Shown: positions 23,922 through 34,151, counted from the first letter of the stretch. The stretch: 64,000 nt of DNA from an uncultured Ignavibacteriales bacterium (GCA_964464605.1 CAYXJN010000002.1:186001-250000), one strand, 5' to 3'. The notes: generated by a model not told the origin, from the letters alone. Numbers and translations are program-made.

Positions 23922-24344
23922 TTAGACAACCTCAATACCCATCGAACGGGCGGTGCCTTCAATCAGGCGCATAGCTGATTCGATCGATGCGGCATTTAAG
24001 TCATTCATCTTCTTGTTCGCGATTTCGCGCACTTGGTCTTTGGTTACTTTACCGACTTTATCCTTGTTCGGAACCGAAGAACCTTTCTGCAATTTAGCCG
24101 CTAAACGAAGCAGCGTCGATGCCGGCGGGGTCTTGGTGATAAAGCTGAATGATTTGTCGGTGTAGACCGTAATCACAACCGGGGTCAACAGGCCGGAGTC
24201 CTGCTGGGTTTTTGCATTGAATGCTTTGCAAAACTCCATGATGTTCACGCCGCGCTGACCGAGCGCCGGACCGACTGGCGGTGCCGGGTTGGCCTGGCCT
24301 GCGGGAATCTGGAGTTTGATAAATCCGGCTACTTTCTTTGCCAC
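23922..24344 (-). CDS. rplK: 50S ribosomal protein L11
   Basis: [19 protein letters not shown]. Confidence 0.98.
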   Translation of the reverse strand: MAKKVAGFIKLQIPAGQANPAPPVGPALGQRGVNIMEFCKAFNAKTQQDSGLLTPVVITVYTDKSFSFITKTPPASTLLRLAAKLQKGSSVPNKDKVGKVTKDQVREIANKKMNDLNAASIESAMRLIEGTARSMGIEVV

Positions 24345-24367
24345 AATTCTACTCTTTTATTTCTAAA

Positions 24368-24904
24368 CTACTTTTTCACTAATTCGACCTGGAGGAAATC
24401 GAGTTCAACCGGGGTGGGACGACCGAAAATCGATACCATCACCTTGGCTTTTCTCCGCTCCAGATTTACTTCGCTGACCGTGCCGGTAAAATCCATAAAC
24501 GGTCCGTCATTTACTTTTACATTGTCGCCGACCTGAAACATAAAGTCGGTGGTTTCTTCAGCGCGGCTTTTGTTAATTTGGCCGACAATCCGTTCGACTT
24601 CCGATTCCTTTAACGGACGCGGTGTGCCGCCGGCGCCGACAAAACTGGTGATTCCGGGCGTGTTCACGACCAGATCCTGCGTCTGCTTGCTCATATCCAT
24701 CTGCACGATGATATAGCTCGGCAAAAACTTTTTGGTCGAAGTCGAACGCTTCCCCTGCTTCATTTCCGTCACCTGTTCAGTCGGAACAATAATGTCGCCG
24801 AACTTGTCTGTCAGACCGGAATTGACGATTGCAGACTCGAGGTACTTCTTCGCCTTCTGTTCATGTCCGGAATATGTATGCACAACGTACCAGCCCATGG
24901 CCAT
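24368..24904 (-). CDS. nusG: Transcription termination/antitermination factor NusG
   Basis: WYVVHTYSGHE, KOW domain GPFMDFTG, IFGRPTPVEL. Confidence 0.97.
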   Translation of the reverse strand: MAMGWYVVHTYSGHEQKAKKYLESAIVNSGLTDKFGDIIVPTEQVTEMKQGKRSTSTKKFLPSYIIVQMDMSKQTQDLVVNTPGITSFVGAGGTPRPLKESEVERIVGQINKSRAEETTDFMFQVGDNVKVNDGPFMDFTGTVSEVNLERRKAKVMVSIFGRPTPVELDFLQVELVKK

Positions 24905-24909
24905 TCGCC

Positions 24910-25110
24910 TCACCCTCCGACGCCGCTTGTAAAGATTGCTTTAACCAGCGTGTCGAGAATCAGATCAACGCCTCCGATAAACAGAGCCATAACGACGGAA
25001 ACGATAATGACAACCCAGGTCGATCCGACAACTTCATCCCGGGTCGGCCAAGTTACCTTGCGTAGTTCGGCAACTACTTCATTTAAAAACTTTTTAAATC
25101 CATCAATCAC
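24910..25110 (-). CDS. secE: Preprotein translocase SecE
   Basis: ELRKVTWPTR plus a single TM helix; lies between tRNA-Trp and nusG. Confidence 0.95.
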   Translation of the reverse strand: MIDGFKKFLNEVVAELRKVTWPTRDEVVGSTWVVIIVSVVMALFIGGVDLILDTLVKAIFTSGVGG

Positions 25111-25135
25111 GCTGTTCCACCTGTTTTTATCTTAT

Positions 25136-25209
25136 CAGGCCAGGAGGGATTCGAACCCCCAACACTCGGTTTTGGAGACCGATGCTCTACCAGTTCGAGC
25201 TACTGGCCT
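25136..25209 (-). tRNA. tRNA-Trp (CCA)
   Basis: AGGCCAGTAGCTCGAACTGGTAGAGCATCGGTCTCCAAAACCGAG...GTTCGAATCCCTCCTGGCCTG cloverleaf; 3' CCA not encoded. Confidence 0.96.
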
Positions 25210-25223
25210 AAAATCCTGTCCTG

Positions 25224-25376
25224 TTACCGGGTCTCCTTGTGAGGAGTCTGTTTATTACAGAACTTGCAGAACTTTTTATGTTCAGCACGATCCGGGTGCA
25301 GCCGTTTGTTTTTGGTCATCGTATAGTTGCGGCGTTTACAATCGCCGCACGCTAACGTGATAATTTCTCGAGGCAT
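25224..25376 (-). CDS. rpmG: 50S ribosomal protein L33, Zn-binding type (absent from ORF track, 50 aa)
   Basis: [50 protein letters not shown], translated by hand. Confidence 0.96.
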   Translation of the reverse strand: MPREIITLACGDCKRRNYTMTKNKRLHPDRAEHKKFCKFCNKQTPHKETR

Positions 25377-25393
25377 TTATTCAACCACTTTCT

Positions 25394-26602
25394 TTAGGCG
25401 ACAATTTCCGCGATGACACCGGCGCCAACCGTTCTACCACCCTCACGAATAGCAAAACGAAGTTCTTTCTCCATCGCGATTGGCATGATCAATTCTACTT
25501 CCATCTGCACGTTGTCACCAGGCATAACCATCTCAACGCCAGCCGGCAAATGAGCAACACCGGTCACGTCAGTCGTTCTGAAGTAAAACTGCGGACGATA
25601 CCCGTTAAAGAACGGAGTATGACGGCCACCTTCTTCTTTTGTCAGAATGTACACTTCAGCTTTGAACTTCGTGTGCGGTTTCACACTACCCGGTTTGGCT
25701 AACACCATACCACGCTCGATATCATCCTTATCAATACCACGAAGCAATAAACCAACGTTATCACCAGCCTGAGCTTGATCCAGAAGTTTTCTGAACATTT
25801 CAACGCCAGTGACTACGCTTTTTCTGGTTTCACGAATACCGATGACTTCGATTTCTTCACCGGACTTCACGATACCGCGCTCCACACGGCCGGTACCAAC
25901 AGTACCACGACCCGTAATCGAGAACACGTCTTCAACCGGCATCAAGAACGGCTTGTCGATCTCACGCTTCGGTTCCGGAATATAGCTATCAAGTGCATCA
26001 ACCAACTGCAGAATCGGCGCAAAGGCAGGATCAGTGATCGGACGACCAGCATCCAATCCGGCTGACATCGCCTGCAAAGCCGAACCACGAATCACCGGAA
26101 TAGTATCACCCGGGAATTTGTAGCTGGACAACAATTCTCTCACTTCTAATTCAACCAGATCCAGAAGTTCCGGATCATCAACCATATCAACTTTATTCAT
26201 GAACACCACGATGTACGGCACACCGACCTGGCGAGCCAACAGAATGTGTTCACGGGTCTGCGGCATCGGACCATCAGTCGCTGATACCACCAGAATAGCT
26301 CCGTCCATCTGAGCGGCACCCGTAATCATGTTCTTCACATAGTCCGCGTGACCCGGACAGTCAACGTGCGCATAGTGACGCTTTTCTGATTCGTATTCCA
26401 CGTGGGCTGTGGCAATCGTAATACCGCGCTCTCTTTCTTCCGGCGCGTTGTCGATTGAATCAAAGGCGCGCGCTTTGGTCGTCCCCTTACGGGCCAACAC
26501 CATCGTCAACGCTGCCGTTAATGTCGTCTTGCCGTGATCCACGTGACCAATTGTCCCCACATTCACGTGCGGCTTATTACGCTCAAATTTCTCCTTGGAC
26601 AT
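25394..26602 (-). CDS. tuf: Elongation factor Tu (tRNA-linked copy)
   Basis: Protein identical to the 9511..10719 copy. Confidence 0.99.
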   Translation of the reverse strand: MSKEKFERNKPHVNVGTIGHVDHGKTTLTAALTMVLARKGTTKARAFDSIDNAPEERERGITIATAHVEYESEKRHYAHVDCPGHADYVKNMITGAAQMDGAILVVSATDGPMPQTREHILLARQVGVPYIVVFMNKVDMVDDPELLDLVELEVRELLSSYKFPGDTIPVIRGSALQAMSAGLDAGRPITDPAFAPILQLVDALDSYIPEPKREIDKPFLMPVEDVFSITGRGTVGTGRVERGIVKSGEEIEVIGIRETRKSVVTGVEMFRKLLDQAQAGDNVGLLLRGIDKDDIERGMVLAKPGSVKPHTKFKAEVYILTKEEGGRHTPFFNGYRPQFYFRTTDVTGVAHLPAGVEMVMPGDNVQMEVELIMPIAMEKELRFAIREGGRTVGAGVIAEIVA

Positions 26603-26642
26603 AACCTATTCCTCGCTAAACGTTACTTTTCTTCTATCAGAA

Positions 26643-26715
26643 AGCCCAGAACCAGGATTGAACTGGTGACCTCGTCCTTACCAAGGACGTGCTCTACCAA
26701 CTGAGCTATCTGGGC
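26643..26715 (-). tRNA. tRNA-Thr (GGT)
   Basis: GCCCAGATAGCTCAGTTGGTAGAGCACGTCCTTGGTAAGGACG...GTTCAATCCTGGTTCTGGGCT. Confidence 0.96.
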
Positions 26716-26898
26716 GTTGCGTTCTAACTCCTTAAAAGGCAATACTAAAACACACCGCCTTTCGGCGAACATGCTATATATAAATTGTGATTTCTTGTGT
26801 CAAGGGATGAGTCAATGACTCATTATTTTTTTTGAGCCAAAGCTGCCGCAAAAACCTATCCTCTTATCCCATAATCGATTAGTCGATAAAAAATAAAA

Positions 26899-26971
26899 AG
26901 CGGGAGACGGGGTTCGAACCCGCGACCAACAGCTTGGAAGGCTGTGACTCTACCAATTGAGTTACTCCCGC
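26899..26971 (-). tRNA. tRNA-Gly (TCC)
   Basis: GCGGGAGTAACTCAATTGGTAGAGTCACAGCCTTCCAAGCTG...GTTCGAACCCCGTCTCCCGCT. Confidence 0.96.
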
Positions 26972-26983
26972 AATTAGTCTATG

Positions 26984-27012
26984 ATAATAATGTCTCAATT
27001 TTGTGTAAGCAA
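26984..27012 (-). promoter_or_regulatory. sigma70-type promoter for tRNA-Gly
   Basis: TTGCTT-N17-TATTAT 12 bp upstream of the tRNA 5' end. Confidence 0.6.
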
Positions 27013-27067
27013 GTACCATAAGATGATAAGATACAGCAACTCACATCAATCCTTGACGCGTATGAAT

Positions 27068-27577
27068 TTATTGAACTGTCTGTATAAAAAGAGAATCAGC
27101 AGACAAAAAGTAGGATTTACTGCCGGAGGAGAGCTCAATTTTTGATCGTACGGGCACTGGAAACAAAACACGATACCATCCTGATTCACCTGGTGGCCGT
27201 GAGCCCTCTTTAAGCATGAACTGACTTGTTATTATTTTCTTTTCAGTGGGCGGCAGTACGTAAAAAGGGAAGCTGTCAGCTATAAGATGAAAAAACGTTA
27301 TCGTAGTATCTAACGGTTCAAGGGATGCCGTATCGAGATACACCGGATAGAGCGTAACAAATGGTTCTTGGAAACGAGCTAAGTCCATGGTGTTTTGATA
27401 CAGAACGTCTAATCTCAGCACATCCCCAGTAGTATATTGTATAGAATCCTGTTCGATTTTCACCAGAATCGGATACCCTAACGGCATGTCTGGAATTAAA
27501 AGATTCTGCTTTTTCGTGTTGGCGCATGCTAACAGAAACAAGCCGATACAAACAATGCTGACTACTTTTTTCATCAT
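27068..27577 (-). CDS. Hypothetical lipoprotein
   Basis: MMKKVVSIVCIGLFLLAC lipobox-type signal; no recognisable domain. Confidence 0.65.
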   Translation of the reverse strand: MMKKVVSIVCIGLFLLACANTKKQNLLIPDMPLGYPILVKIEQDSIQYTTGDVLRLDVLYQNTMDLARFQEPFVTLYPVYLDTASLEPLDTTITFFHLIADSFPFYVLPPTEKKIITSQFMLKEGSRPPGESGWYRVLFPVPVRSKIELSSGSKSYFLSADSLFIQTVQ

Positions 27578-27599
27578 GTAGGCCTGCACACTCGCTCAA

Positions 27600-28718
27600 T
27601 TATCTCGGTCTGCGACGCGTCGTTGTTTGCGTTGTATCGCGGGTGCTATCGGCAGGTTCTCCCATTGTTTTCGAACGTGCTTGTTCGCGTCGTTGTTCCA
27701 ATCGCTTCTTCCCGACCTCAGATGCAGTGGGAACATGCCAGTTTGGTTCAGCTGTTGCAGCAGAATCTTTTTGCGCCTGACTCATATGAGCATTAAGCGT
27801 GTCTATCACTATTGAAGCAGTAGCCGTATCTCCATGCGTCAATGCCTGTGTCGCCCATGCATAACTTTGAACATAATTGACCGGAGCACCACTACCATAA
27901 TAATAGAGTATAGCAAGTTGTGATTCAGCTTCTGCAAATCCTTTTTGCGCAGCCTGGTAAAAGTATTTTCCGGCTGTGGTATAATCTTGCTCAACCGCGA
28001 TACCATCACGAAAATATATGCCGAGCTGGGTGATATAGAACGGATCATCTTTCTTGGCCAGATACTCCGCCCAGCGAAAGGCCGTTGAGTCATTATAGTA
28101 TCTACTTTCAAAATCGGTATAAATCGAATAGATCGATTCCTGACTTCTAAAGTGACCGCTATCCGAGGCCATATAGAGATACTTTATCGCCAAGGAATCA
28201 TTCCGAGGCACATACTTGTCACCCAAGAGATACTGTTCTCCCAAGTATGATGCAGCCTGCGTATTACCAGCGGTTGCCGCTTTATCGAGCCAGCTTAATC
28301 CAGTCGGAATATCCTGCGTTCTTCCGATTCCCAGAAGGTGAACAATTCCGGCAGAACGCATTCCGCGCGTGTCCCCCATCTCTGCGGATTTAATATACCA
28401 ATTAGCTGCTTCAACGGTATCAGCCTGAACACTCCAACCAAACAGATAAACACCTCCCATTTCGTATGTCGCCCAGGGCAACCCTTCATCGGCTAATTGC
28501 CTGTAAATAGTAACAAAGTCAGCAGTGTCTTTAGCGGTCGGATTCGGGTTTTTATAGCGAAGTGAATCGGCACGGTCGCTCAATTTCATTCTATCGAATA
28601 CACCACCCAAGATTTTTCCTGCTTCAGCATCCTTGTCATCATCAGCCAAAAGCGATGGCGCTATAAACGTGAATCCCACCAGCAAAGCCGGCAGCATAAT
28701 TTTTAGAGATGATTTCAT
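27600..28718 (-). CDS. Secreted Sel1-like repeat protein
   Basis: Signal peptide; repeated A...LG..Y..G.G...D...A..W...AA..G units. Confidence 0.9.
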   Translation of the reverse strand: MKSSLKIMLPALLVGFTFIAPSLLADDDKDAEAGKILGGVFDRMKLSDRADSLRYKNPNPTAKDTADFVTIYRQLADEGLPWATYEMGGVYLFGWSVQADTVEAANWYIKSAEMGDTRGMRSAGIVHLLGIGRTQDIPTGLSWLDKAATAGNTQAASYLGEQYLLGDKYVPRNDSLAIKYLYMASDSGHFRSQESIYSIYTDFESRYYNDSTAFRWAEYLAKKDDPFYITQLGIYFRDGIAVEQDYTTAGKYFYQAAQKGFAEAESQLAILYYYGSGAPVNYVQSYAWATQALTHGDTATASIVIDTLNAHMSQAQKDSAATAEPNWHVPTASEVGKKRLEQRREQARSKTMGEPADSTRDTTQTTTRRRPR

Positions 28719-28756
28719 GACAATACCCTTACCCTAACTATTTGAACCTCGGCTTA

Positions 28757-29617
28757 TCACCCGCGCGGTGACAAGCCCCAGTGCAGTTTGCTTTTCACTA
28801 ATCGATAAAACGATTTTTGACCAAAGGTGATAAACTTCACTTTGAAATCAGCTTTACTGACAATCACCGTATCGGTGTCTTCAAGTTCCTGCATAATCTG
28901 ACCGTCGAGGGTCAAACCGGCCTTACGATGTTCAGAGCTGATACGAAATTCAAGTATATCGGAAGGAGCGAGAATCATCGGACGGGTGGTAAGCGAGAAC
29001 GAAGAAATCGGCGAGGCGATAATCCCTTCAAGGTTCGGATTCATAATCGGGCCGCCGACGGCAAGCGAATACGCCGTCGAACCTGTCGGCGTGGCAATTA
29101 CTAAACCATCCGCCTGATAGGTTACGATATCTTCCCCGTTCACTTTGAAATGAATGCGAATGAGACGGCTCACCGGACCGTTATCGATAACGATTTCGTT
29201 GAGCGCATAGGGAAATTCTGGATTGGTTTTCCCGACGACTTTAACGTGCAAAAGCATCCGCTCATCAAGCAAATACTCTTTCTTGACAATGGCAACAAGT
29301 GCGGTACTCAATTGATCCGGCGGCAACTGGGTGAGAAAACCGAGTGAACCGGCATTCACCCCCAAAAGTGGTATTCCCCGTTTGCCAACTAAGCGAGAAG
29401 CGTGCAATAGCGTACCATCTCCACCGATTGAAATCATGACATCGGCATGTGAGGCTAAATCGGATTCCGCGACGGTCGTAAGCTTTCCGCCAACAGAACG
29501 GGCGAATTGTTCGCTAACGACGAGCGGATGGTTCCCTTGTTCGGCCCATTCGATAACCTGCTCGGCGGCATAACGCGCGCCATCCCGATGAAGATTTGCC
29601 AGTAACCCAAATCGCAT
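28757..29617 (-). CDS. nadK: NAD kinase
   Basis: GGDGTLL, GSLGFL, LNE, TPTGSTAYSLAVGG. Confidence 0.97.
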   Translation of the reverse strand: MRFGLLANLHRDGARYAAEQVIEWAEQGNHPLVVSEQFARSVGGKLTTVAESDLASHADVMISIGGDGTLLHASRLVGKRGIPLLGVNAGSLGFLTQLPPDQLSTALVAIVKKEYLLDERMLLHVKVVGKTNPEFPYALNEIVIDNGPVSRLIRIHFKVNGEDIVTYQADGLVIATPTGSTAYSLAVGGPIMNPNLEGIIASPISSFSLTTRPMILAPSDILEFRISSEHRKAGLTLDGQIMQELEDTDTVIVSKADFKVKFITFGQKSFYRLVKSKLHWGLSPRG

Positions 29618-29774
29618 AGGTGAAGGATACTTGGTTATATATGAGTAATCAAGTTAGAGGAATTTGTGTTTCACTGACCACGCAGTAAGCGTGGGCGACC
29701 CGGAAATCGAAATTGTTTACATCGTAGCTGAAACTGGGAAAAGAAACCGCGAAGCGCAAAAGCGACAACGTCAC

Positions 29775-31730
29775 TTAGCCGACTTTGCGGACGGGTTCGA
29801 CACGGCGAACCGGAGCAGAACGACGGAACATCAAGCGCTGTAACAGCGTGTTCTTCGGTTTGCTGAGCGCCAATGATTCGAACATGGCGACAACGGCGTC
29901 GACATCAAGCCCGGCATCACGCATAAGTAGTGGACGAGCGCCGTGGGTGATAAAGTTATCCGGTACGCCCATAGCGGTAAACTTACCGGTGTAGCCGTTG
30001 GTCAATAAATAGTCGGCGATAGCATGACCGAACCCACCTCGAACTGAGGCTTCCTCGGCAGTAACGATGATTCGCGCATTTTGGCGTACTTGTTCAAGCA
30101 GCTCAAGATCGAACGGTTTAATAAAACGGGCATTGATAACGGTTAAGGCTATTCCCTGCTCCTTCAATCGTTCAGCAGCAGACAAACCGATTTGCACCAT
30201 CGTACCGACAGCGAGCATTACGACATCGGTAAGCGGAGTCAATGCTTCCCATCTTCCCCATTCAATTGGAGCAACATGGCTGGTCATTTCGGTCGGGGTA
30301 TTTTCACGCGGATAACGGATAGCAACCGGGCCGTTTAGGTCTGTATCGGCCGTGTAATGGAGCATCGAACGGAGTTCGTTCCCATCTTTAGGGGCACAAA
30401 TCGTGTAAGTCGGCACAGTGGATAAATAGGCGATATCGAAAACGCCATGATGCGTGGGACCATCTTCGCCGACCAACCCAGCACGATCCATACAGAGCAC
30501 AACCGGCAATTCATGGATACCGATATCATGAATCACCTGATCATAGGCGCGCTGTAAGAACGTGGAGTAAATGGTCAGATACGGTTTCATGCCATCAGCT
30601 GCTAACCCGGAAGCGAAACATCCGGCGTGCGCTTCGGCAATACCAACATCGAAAAACCGTTCCGGAAACTTTTGACCAAACGGATCAAGTCCGGTTCCCT
30701 GCGACATGGCGGCAGTGATAGCGATAACCTTTTCATTTTTCACGCCGAGTTCGACCATCGTGTCCCCGAAAATTTTGGTGTATGCGGGATGGCCGTCCCC
30801 TTTGGGAGCGAGTTTACCGGTGATTTTATCGAATTTACCGACGCCGTGGTATTTGTATGGGTCACCTTCGGCCGGTTCATATCCTTTTCCTTTTTTGGTT
30901 GCGATATGAAGCATCACCGGTCCATGAATCTGTTTGAGATTTTGAAGCGTCTTAACCAGAAGTGGTAAATCATGTCCGTCGATCGGGCCGAAGTAACGAA
31001 AACCGAGTTTTTCAAAGAGCATCCCCGGAACGACCAAACCTTTAACGGAATCTTCGATTTTGCTGACCATCGATCGAATCTTGTCGCGCCGTTTGAATCG
31101 GCCGGTAAACTCCCAGATTTCATCACGGAGCTGGTTGATACGGTTATCCGCCATGATACTGGTCATATAAGTCGAAATCGCGCCGACGTTGCGGGAGATA
31201 GACCAGGTGTTATCGTTCAGAATTACCAGCAAATCTTTACCGAGTGTACCGGCGTTATTAAGGCCTTCAAAGGCCAAACCGCCAGTCATCGAGCCGTCAC
31301 CGATAACTACGACAACCTTATTATCTTCCTTTTTCTGATCCCGCGCTGCAGCGAAACCAAGACCAACCGAAATCGATGTGGATGCGTGTCCGGCGCCAAA
31401 ATGGTCAAACTCCGATTCATCCCGCTTGGCGAATCCGGAAAGGCCGTTATACTGACGCAGTGTGTGCATCTGGTCACGGCGCCCGGTCAGCACCTTGTGG
31501 GCGTAGGCCTGATGGCTAACATCCCAGATAATTTTGTCTTTGGGGGCGTTGAACAGGTGATGCAGCGCCACGGTCAATTCGACAGAACCGAGGTTAGTGG
31601 CAAGATGTCCGCCGGTTTGGGCAACTGAATGAACGATATGCTGCCGTACTTCAGAGGCTAACTCGACCAATTCCTCAATCGTGAGGTTTTTCATATCAGC
31701 CGGGCTGTTGATGTTCGAAAGATGTTTCAT
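29775..31730 (-). CDS. dxs: 1-deoxy-D-xylulose-5-phosphate synthase
   Basis: GGHL, WDVSHQAY, GDGSMTGG..FEGLN, DRAGLVGEDGPTHHG; start at MKHL. Confidence 0.98.
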   Translation of the reverse strand: MKHLSNINSPADMKNLTIEELVELASEVRQHIVHSVAQTGGHLATNLGSVELTVALHHLFNAPKDKIIWDVSHQAYAHKVLTGRRDQMHTLRQYNGLSGFAKRDESEFDHFGAGHASTSISVGLGFAAARDQKKEDNKVVVVIGDGSMTGGLAFEGLNNAGTLGKDLLVILNDNTWSISRNVGAISTYMTSIMADNRINQLRDEIWEFTGRFKRRDKIRSMVSKIEDSVKGLVVPGMLFEKLGFRYFGPIDGHDLPLLVKTLQNLKQIHGPVMLHIATKKGKGYEPAEGDPYKYHGVGKFDKITGKLAPKGDGHPAYTKIFGDTMVELGVKNEKVIAITAAMSQGTGLDPFGQKFPERFFDVGIAEAHAGCFASGLAADGMKPYLTIYSTFLQRAYDQVIHDIGIHELPVVLCMDRAGLVGEDGPTHHGVFDIAYLSTVPTYTICAPKDGNELRSMLHYTADTDLNGPVAIRYPRENTPTEMTSHVAPIEWGRWEALTPLTDVVMLAVGTMVQIGLSAAERLKEQGIALTVINARFIKPFDLELLEQVRQNARIIVTAEEASVRGGFGHAIADYLLTNGYTGKFTAMGVPDNFITHGARPLLMRDAGLDVDAVVAMFESLALSKPKNTLLQRLMFRRSAPVRRVEPVRKVG

Positions 31731-31749
31731 CGGCGGTCGAATTCGTCCT

Positions 31750-32643
31750 TTATTTTTCCCGTTGGCCGATAAACCGGGCAACGTAGGTGAGCATAGTATC
31801 TTCTTTTTGTTGAACTAAAGCAACTGCTTCGTCGATTAGTTTTTGTGCATCCTTTCGCGCCTGTTCCACTCCTACGACTTTTGGGTAAGTTGCTTTCTTC
31901 CGTTTGTTGTCAGCGCCGGTCGCTTTACCCAAAAGGGACTCGTCCCCCTCAATGTCGAGAATGTCGTCTATTATCTGGAAGGCGAGCCCGATTTTTTCGC
32001 CGTATTGGCTGAGTTGTGTCATTGCCCGGTTTTCCGCCCCAGCCAACATCGCGCCGATTCTGACCGAACTGCGAATCAGGGCGCCGGTTTTCCGCATATG
32101 GATATTCGTGATTTCAGCGTGAGAAACATCACTGCGATCCTCCGCCTGCATATCGGCAACTTGTCCACCGATCATACCGGATGTTCCAATTGCCTGCGCC
32201 AACTCAATAACAGTTTGGGGCGAGTTTGTTCGCGCCATGAGCTCGAAGGCGACATCATGCAGAGCGTCCCCGGCCAAAACGGCGATTGCTTCACCGAACT
32301 TTTTGTGGCAGGTCGGCATGCCGCGGCGGAGGTCGTCATCATCCATACAGGGTAAATCATCATGAATCAGTGAGTAGGTATGCACTAACTCCAAAGCGGC
32401 CATAGCCCGATGGATCGGTTCATCATATGGTTGGGTAGTTTGTCCGCCGCAGTATTCGAAGGCGCTGAGAGCGAGTACCGGACGCAAGCGTTTCCCCCCT
32501 GCCATAACGGAATAGCGCATTGCCTCATGCAAACGCTCTGGTTCCTGTTCGACTGGCGGGAGATATTTATCCAAAAGGCTATCGACCAGGCAACGTTGTT
32601 GCTCTATTTTTTCCGTGAAACTTGTGGCAGCTGTCAGAGTCAT
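31750..32643 (-). CDS. ispA: Farnesyl/geranylgeranyl diphosphate synthase
   Basis: GGKRLRP, FARM DDLPCMDDDDLRRG, SARM FQIIDDILD. Confidence 0.95.
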   Translation of the reverse strand: MTLTAATSFTEKIEQQRCLVDSLLDKYLPPVEQEPERLHEAMRYSVMAGGKRLRPVLALSAFEYCGGQTTQPYDEPIHRAMAALELVHTYSLIHDDLPCMDDDDLRRGMPTCHKKFGEAIAVLAGDALHDVAFELMARTNSPQTVIELAQAIGTSGMIGGQVADMQAEDRSDVSHAEITNIHMRKTGALIRSSVRIGAMLAGAENRAMTQLSQYGEKIGLAFQIIDDILDIEGDESLLGKATGADNKRKKATYPKVVGVEQARKDAQKLIDEAVALVQQKEDTMLTYVARFIGQREK

Positions 32644-32900
32644 TCCTCGTCATCTTCCCCGGTTATACGCGGATCGTCGAAATCCTCTTCAACTTGTATA
32701 CCACTTTTTTCACGGACGATTTTTATCTTCTGTTCCGCTTCGGCTAACTTGGTCTGGCACTGCTTGGCCAGCTCGAGTCCTTCAGTGTACAGTTCTATTG
32801 ATTTTTCAAGCGGCAAATCCCCCGCTTCCAAAAGCTCGGTTATCTCTTCCAAACGGATAATGGCGGTTTCGAAATTGACAGAGGTTTTCTTCGCGATCAT
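32640..32900 (-). CDS. xseB: Exodeoxyribonuclease VII small subunit
   Basis: FE.A...LEEI...LE.G.LPLE.SI.LY.EG. Confidence 0.95.
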   Translation of the reverse strand: MIAKKTSVNFETAIIRLEEITELLEAGDLPLEKSIELYTEGLELAKQCQTKLAEAEQKIKIVREKSGIQVEEDFDDPRITGEDDEE

Positions 32901-34111
32901 GTTTGTTTCCTTGAAATTTCATCGATAGTCGCCGTAAAGGTTCCATCCGGCAACAGCGTTTCCACGCGACTGCCAGTATGCAGAGTTTTCACGCTTTTCA
33001 AAAGCAGTTTTTCCGGTAGTGATCGCGTAACGGAAAAGCCACGTGCCATGACTTTTAGCGGTGAGAGTGTGTCAAGCCGTGCGGCTGAAACTGCCAGCCG
33101 ATGTTGATGTAATTTCAGCGACATTTCCCCTGTCGACACAAGACGGCGGGTAAGCGTATCGAGAAACTGCTGCCGCTGGGTAAAAATCTCTTCCGGAAAC
33201 GTAAACACGCGACGGCGAATAAGTGATAACAACCGCTCCCGCATCCGGTGACCGAATTGCTCGAGCAACATCGCCTGTCGTTTTTGGTAGTGTGAAATGC
33301 CGTCTAAATATTCACGCCGTGACCAGATAATCATTTCCGCGGCAGCTGACGGAGTCGAAGCCCGCAGGTCGGCAGCTAAATCGGACAATGTTGTATCTAC
33401 TTCATGTCCGACTGCTGAGACGAGCGGTAACTTGGATGCTACAATCGCGCGGACAACTTCTTCAGTGTTGAAACACCATAAATCTTCAAGTGATCCACCG
33501 CCCCTACCGGTGATGATAACATCGATATCTTTTCGCGTATTGAAGTAGCGAATTCCTTCGGCGATTGTTTTTTCGGCACCATCCCCCTGCACTTTGGCTG
33601 GATAGATAACCAATTCGATTCCTGGGTTACGGCGATAAGCGATCTGAATAATGTCCCGAATCGCGGCGCCGTTCGGTGAGGTGACAATGCCGATTTTGGT
33701 CGGATACTCCGGAACGAGCTTTTTTCGCTCCTGCGCGAAAAGCCCTTCTTGGGATAGACGCTCGTACAACTGACGAAAGGCCAGTTCAAGTTCACCGATT
33801 CCCACCGGAACGACCTTTTTGCAGTTGAGCTGGTAGCTGCCACCTTTTTCGTAAACAGTGATATCACCGTAGACTAATACTTTCTGGCCATCCTTCGGTT
33901 CGAATTTGAGAAAGGCGCCGAGTGATCGCCAGAGCGTTACTTTGAGAACAGCGTTTTCGTCTTTGAGCGAGAAATAACGATGCCCCGATGAGTGCAAAAG
34001 ATATCCGGAAATCTCCCCTTCGATCCAGACACCCTGGAATTGTTCTTCAAGGCTTCCCTTTATCATCCGCGTTATCGCGGTGACCGTATACGCCTGCGGT
34101 GTGTCGATCAT
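32897..34111 (-). CDS. xseA: Exodeoxyribonuclease VII large subunit
   Basis: VWIEGEIS, SGHRYFSLKD, GRGGGSLEDL, SAVGHEVD; start at MIDT (34111), just past the uvrC stop. Confidence 0.96.
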   Translation of the reverse strand: MIDTPQAYTVTAITRMIKGSLEEQFQGVWIEGEISGYLLHSSGHRYFSLKDENAVLKVTLWRSLGAFLKFEPKDGQKVLVYGDITVYEKGGSYQLNCKKVVPVGIGELELAFRQLYERLSQEGLFAQERKKLVPEYPTKIGIVTSPNGAAIRDIIQIAYRRNPGIELVIYPAKVQGDGAEKTIAEGIRYFNTRKDIDVIITGRGGGSLEDLWCFNTEEVVRAIVASKLPLVSAVGHEVDTTLSDLAADLRASTPSAAAEMIIWSRREYLDGISHYQKRQAMLLEQFGHRMRERLLSLIRRRVFTFPEEIFTQRQQFLDTLTRRLVSTGEMSLKLHQHRLAVSAARLDTLSPLKVMARGFSVTRSLPEKLLLKSVKTLHTGSRVETLLPDGTFTATIDEISRKQT

Positions 34112-34151
34112 GTGTAAATATACCCCGTTCGTATCGGCACAAGCAACAACA

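Noticed and set aside
25136..26971. tRNAs lacking encoded 3' CCA
   Set aside because: Common in many bacteria that have CCA-adding enzymes; not evidence of pseudogenes.
27000..28756. Prophage or integrative element next to the tRNAs
   Set aside because: No integrase, transposase or duplicated tRNA 3' end; the genes lie on the 5' side of the tRNA.
34131..34138. GCCGATAC box upstream of xseA
   Set aside because: No TAAA at the proper distance; it lies in the spacer of a better sigma70-type promoter.
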